Shown one piece after another: positions 60,651 to 64,000 of a stretch of 64,000 bases of DNA. Origin of the DNA: an uncultured delta proteobacterium (GTDB lineage: Bacteria; Myxococcota_A; Polyangia; Polyangiales; JAFGIB01). A program made the position numbers and the translations under genes. The DNA is taken from contig CAVZVA010000003.1 of assembly GCA_963778655.1 (NCBI GenBank), positions 256,001-320,000 on the forward strand. The letters are read 5' to 3'. Within the stretch, counting starts at the first letter, position 1. Each line of letters opens with the position of its first letter. Under the pieces are notes generated by a model that made no database searches, was not told where the DNA came from, and was given only the letters and a program-made list of their open reading frames with translations.

Positions 60651-60863
60651 TCAATGTTGAGCGCGACAGACGAAGCAGGGGGACATCTGTCCTGGGCTGC
60701 ATTCGATGGGATTGCAGACGCCGAGCACACCGCCTGGCAGCGTGCACTGCTCGTACGCCTTCGTGCAGGTCTTGGCCGGGGCGGGCGTGCCGGGATCGGG
60801 ACAGCCGGAGACGAGCGCGAGCAGGCAAGCCCGAACGAGCGCGCTCGGTCGGAGCATTAGCAT
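60651..60863 (-). CDS. Small Cys-rich lipoprotein
   Basis: LVSGC lipobox followed by six Cys ending CRAQH. Confidence 0.6.
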   Translation of the reverse strand: MLMLRPSALVRACLLALVSGCPDPGTPAPAKTCTKAYEQCTLPGGVLGVCNPIECSPGQMSPCFVCRAQH

Positions 60864-61003
60864 GCGACCCACGCGCGCCATGGCGTGCGCCCCGTGCGCC
60901 GTGGCGTGCAGCGGCAGATGCTGCACCGACGGGCGTGCAAGCGCTCGAGCGGGCAGTCGATCTGCCATGCGATCTCCCCGCACAGACAGCTTCCGTGAAA
61001 CAT
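60857..61003 (-). pseudogene. GFA/CENP-V family N-terminal fragment
   Basis: MFHGSCLCGEI...CSICR, then truncated. Confidence 0.55.
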
Positions 61004-61165
61004 GGACGGCGCCTCCTTCGAGCCGCCGCAGCATAGCGCTCCGAGCCCCGCGCTGCGATGGCGAGCCTCCGCTGGCGCTCGACGCAAAGTTGTTGCGCCA
61101 GCGGCACGGGGGTAGCAAACCTACCTGCGGGCGCCACGCGCGGCGCGCCCCACGATTGGCGAATC

Positions 61166-61477
61166 ATGCAACATCGAATCTCACACGACTTGTCCCCAGA
61201 GCTCGCACGCCGCGTGCTGCAACAGGCGGTCGAGAGCTACTGCGAGCGCTTTGCCAAGTACTCTCCGGAGACCCAATGGCTCGGCGAGGACGAAGTCCGT
61301 GTCACCTTCAGCGCCCGCGGCGCCAAGCTCTCCGGGCTGCTGCGCCTCGTGCCGCACGCCATCGTGCTCGACCTGGACGTGCCGCTGCTGCTGCGCCCCT
61401 TCCAGAGCAAGGCCGTAGAGGTCATCGACACGCAGGTGCAGAAGTGGCTGCAGCGCGCCCACTCCGGCGAGCTGTAG
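61166..61477 (+). CDS. Polyhydroxyalkanoic acid system-like small protein
   Basis: ISHDL...VTFSARGAKLSG...VPLLLRPFQSKA pattern. Confidence 0.6.
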   Translation: MQHRISHDLSPELARRVLQQAVESYCERFAKYSPETQWLGEDEVRVTFSARGAKLSGLLRLVPHAIVLDLDVPLLLRPFQSKAVEVIDTQVQKWLQRAHSGEL

Positions 61478-61556
61478 CTGGGTCGAGGCGGCGCACGCCC
61501 TCGTGTGCGTCGCAGGCGCCCGTCCCCTGGACCGCCCCTGGTCCCGCGGAAGCGCT

Positions 61557-61600
61557 GGTGGGTCATCTCGGATTCGAACCGAGGGCCAATGGATTAAGAA
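61557..61600 (-). repeat. att-like repeat: 3' half of tRNA-Lys(CTT), copy 2
   Basis: Identical to 49893-49936; T at 61556 completes CCA; no 5' half. Confidence 0.85.
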
Positions 61601-61739
61601 CGGTCCACGAGCGCTTGCTGCAACCGAGCAAGAGGCGCAAGCGCCGGAAATGATTCGACCTCGGCAGGATCACCCGGGGCTATCGCCCCGTCCAAGGCTC
61701 CGACCCGCCGGCGCAACGTGCGCTCGAACGAGGCCACCT

Positions 61740-61806
61740 CGTTGACGATCCGCATGTGCCGCTTGACAATAGCCAGACCGAGCGCGGCATCCGCGGTCCG
61801 GTGGTC
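61740..61806 (+). mobile_element. Short IS66 transposase scrap
   Basis: VDDPHVPLDNSQTERGIRGPVV, close to 37771-37836. Confidence 0.7.
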
Positions 61807-61830
61807 TGTGGATCATTGTGCGTCACCTCG

Positions 61831-62756
61831 TCAAGTGCCTGGAATCTCAAGGTTTCGATGTTCGCCACGGGAGCGACACGGGAGCTTGCGGCCTGACCGA
61901 TGCGCCTTCAGCGCGCGTTTGACCTCGGGGCGTTGCAGATCCGTAGCCAGGATCTGCCATGGAGCCTCTTTCATCACCTGACGCGCAGGCAAGATCCCGA
62001 CGCGCCGTAGCTTGCGGATCGCGTAGTGCGATACGCCCTCAGCTTCCGCTGCGTCTGTGATGGTCAAGCACCGGCCGTCCTTGTTGGCGGAGTCATAGCC
62101 GACGATCCTGTGCTTGTTGCGATAGGCCTGAACGCGGATCGCGGTCCAGGCCTTGCCTTGACCTGTCTTGAGCCCAAGGCGGTTGAGTGAAGCGGCGACG
62201 CGCTCGTTTGGCCACCTGCCGGCCATGTCTCTGATTAGCGCGTCTGCCTCCGAGCTCGCGCGCTTACGATGCTCGCCCGAGCGACGCATGCGGACACGGT
62301 GCTCGGAATGCTGCCCGCCCTTCCAGTGGATCGTCAGGACGACCTCACGAGAGCTGTCGTCGACGTCGGCAACAATCTGTTCGATCAGCGTTCTGACCAG
62401 CCGCTGCTTCAACCGCATATCGGTGTCGGACCTTGCCCATATCGCACGCAGGTCCTGGGCCACACGCTGCAGTTCAGCCGCCTTGATCGGCTCATCGCAC
62501 TGTGAAGCCTCTGCCAGCCTCTGCTCGCTGTCGCCAAGACGTGTGAGAGCCTCGTTCCACCGCCCCTCGAGCTCGCTGGCCACGAGGCGGTTGTCAGGAT
62601 CGACAGCCTCGTAGCGCCGCTGTGCCAGCTGCACCTCATAGCGTGCCTGTTCCACCTCGAGCGCGAGCGCGTGTTGCCGTTCTCCTCGGAGTCGCAGGTC
62701 TTGTTCGTGGGCCACGATCGCCGCCTCAACTCCAAGTGGTTGTACCGCATCAATTA
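61831..62756 (-). pseudogene. Large serine recombinase C-terminal part, cut by ISL3
   Basis: AQRRYEAVDPDNRLVASELEGRWN, KQRLVRTLIEQI, IHWKGG.H; catalytic N-terminus absent. Confidence 0.8.
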
Positions 62757-62757
62757 G

Positions 62758-64000
62758 GGCTCTCCTAACACGTGAGTGGGCGTGAATTCGGGACGACGCG
62801 CACGGGGGCGAGTCGGGGCAGCGAGCAGCAGAGGAAGAGCAACGCGATGAGGCTCTTTGCGCTGTGAAAGCCGTAGGCGCGGCGCGTGAGGACGCGGACC
62901 TTGCCGTTGGTACCCTCGGCTCGGCCGTTGGAGAGGCCGGTGTCGACGTAGGCGAGGATGCCCTGCATGTGCTTGCGGATGGTGCGTCCGGCCTTGACGA
63001 AGGGCTCGAGTCTGGAGCGGGCCGCCCATTGCAGCCAGCCCAGGAGCTGATCGCGGGCTACGAAGTACTGGCGTCGGTCGAGCACATCGACGAGTGCCTC
63101 CTTGAGCAGGTAGGCGCGGTAGAGCGGACGGTTGGTCGCCTGAACGGTGGCGAGCTTGCGGCGCTCGAGGCTGGAGAGGTTCTCGGGGTTCTTCTGCAAC
63201 ACGAAGCGCGTGTTCTTCAGCGCTCGACGCTGCTCGCGGTCCTGGTGCTCGGCCACCATCGCGCGGCGAACCTTGTCGAGCGCGTCGTGTGCGAGCCGCT
63301 GGACGTGAAAGCGGTCGAACACGAGCACGGCGTACGGAGCATGCGCTTTGACGGATTTGATGTACGGTTGCGACATGTCGATGGTGATCGCTCGGAGCTG
63401 CCCGCAGCGTTCGGGGCCCAGCTCCGTGAAGAACTTGTCGAGCGTCTCGGCGTTCTTGCCTTCGTGCACCCAGACGATCCTACCGCTGTCGTGGTCGGTG
63501 ACGATGGTGACGTACTGGTGGTGGCGGCGGTAGCTGAGCTCGTCGATGCCGATCGTGCGCAGTCCGCTGAGCCGGTCATCGGGACTGAGCCGCTTGACCA
63601 CGCGCTCGACGATGCTGCCGACAGTGCGCCAGGCGATGCCCATCAGCTCGACGACCGCGCTCTTGTCCATGCGTTGCGCCAGGTAGGCGACCTGCTGCTC
63701 GAAGGGGCGCGTGAACGCCGAGTCGGGCTCGGCCCAGGGGACGAGCTCGGTGCACACGCCGCAGCGGCCGCAGTCCACACGGCGCAGGTCGTAGCCCAGC
63801 TCGACCCGCATGCCTCCGAGGTCCAGGTGCCGCCAGCGACGATCGGGCCGACGATCGTACAGCCGCCGGCAGCGGCACCCGCAGCCGCCGCACCGGGCGA
63901 CCCGCGTGGTGGGCGCGACCTGGATCACCAGGGTGTCCTCCTCGAATTGGCAACCTCGGGCTCGAACCCACTTCATTCCCAGGATGTTCGTCAGTACCTT
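62758..64000 (-). mobile_element. ISL3-family insertion sequence (transposase from beyond 64000 to 62765)
   Basis: Zinc finger CxxC pairs, IGIDE, ITIDMS, FDRFHV, SNGRAEG.N, RRAYGF; GGCTCT end at 62758. Confidence 0.95.

Larger units (their letters stand above)
49893..61600. mobile_element. Putative genomic island bounded by 44-bp tRNA-Lys direct repeats
   Basis: Identical flanking repeats; cargo of TA pairs, lower-GC genes and transposase scraps. Confidence 0.65.

Noticed and set aside
1..64000. CRISPR array, rRNA, integron attC array, retron or reverse transcriptase
   Set aside because: I saw no regularly spaced repeats with unique spacers, no rRNA-like tract, no convincing attC sites and no RT motifs.

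Overview
A 64-kb, very GC-rich bacterial window. Many Cys-lipobox proteins with DAG-rich linkers, a MYXO-CTERM-like tail and an ECF/FecR cluster point to Myxococcota (Polyangiales-like); this taxonomy is inferred. Bases 1-37 kb hold mostly intact genes: a cyclase, an ECF sigma/FecR/RCC1/serpin cluster, an acetyl-CoA hydrolase-GNAT fusion, ChaN, Anbu, a carboxylesterase, DUF362, an aldo/keto reductase and an MFS transporter. Two unusual operons stand out. One is a ~1730-codon cation-chloride cotransporter (SLC12-like) fused to a helical region, a P-loop NTPase and a winged helix, broken only by one in-frame TAG and coupled to an MscS-like gene. The other is a porin-like barrel / small periplasmic binding protein / triple-receiver hybrid kinase / CheR / receiver-kinase operon with no CheB or MCP. 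Bases 37-64 kb are a plastic, decaying region: IS66, ISL3, integrase and recombinase remnants, two identical 44-bp tRNA-Lys(CTT) 3' halves bracketing an 11.6-kb island, TA modules, a 177-bp dispersed repeat, a NirK-like/DUF3079-hemerythrin module and several deletion-fused pseudogenes. Two ~170-bp MITE-like elements share GAGCACCGAACA ends. Four +1 frameshifts fall in or next to GATC, which suggests systematic sequencing error. No CRISPR array, rRNA or intact tRNA was seen. All product calls come from motif recognition, not database searches.
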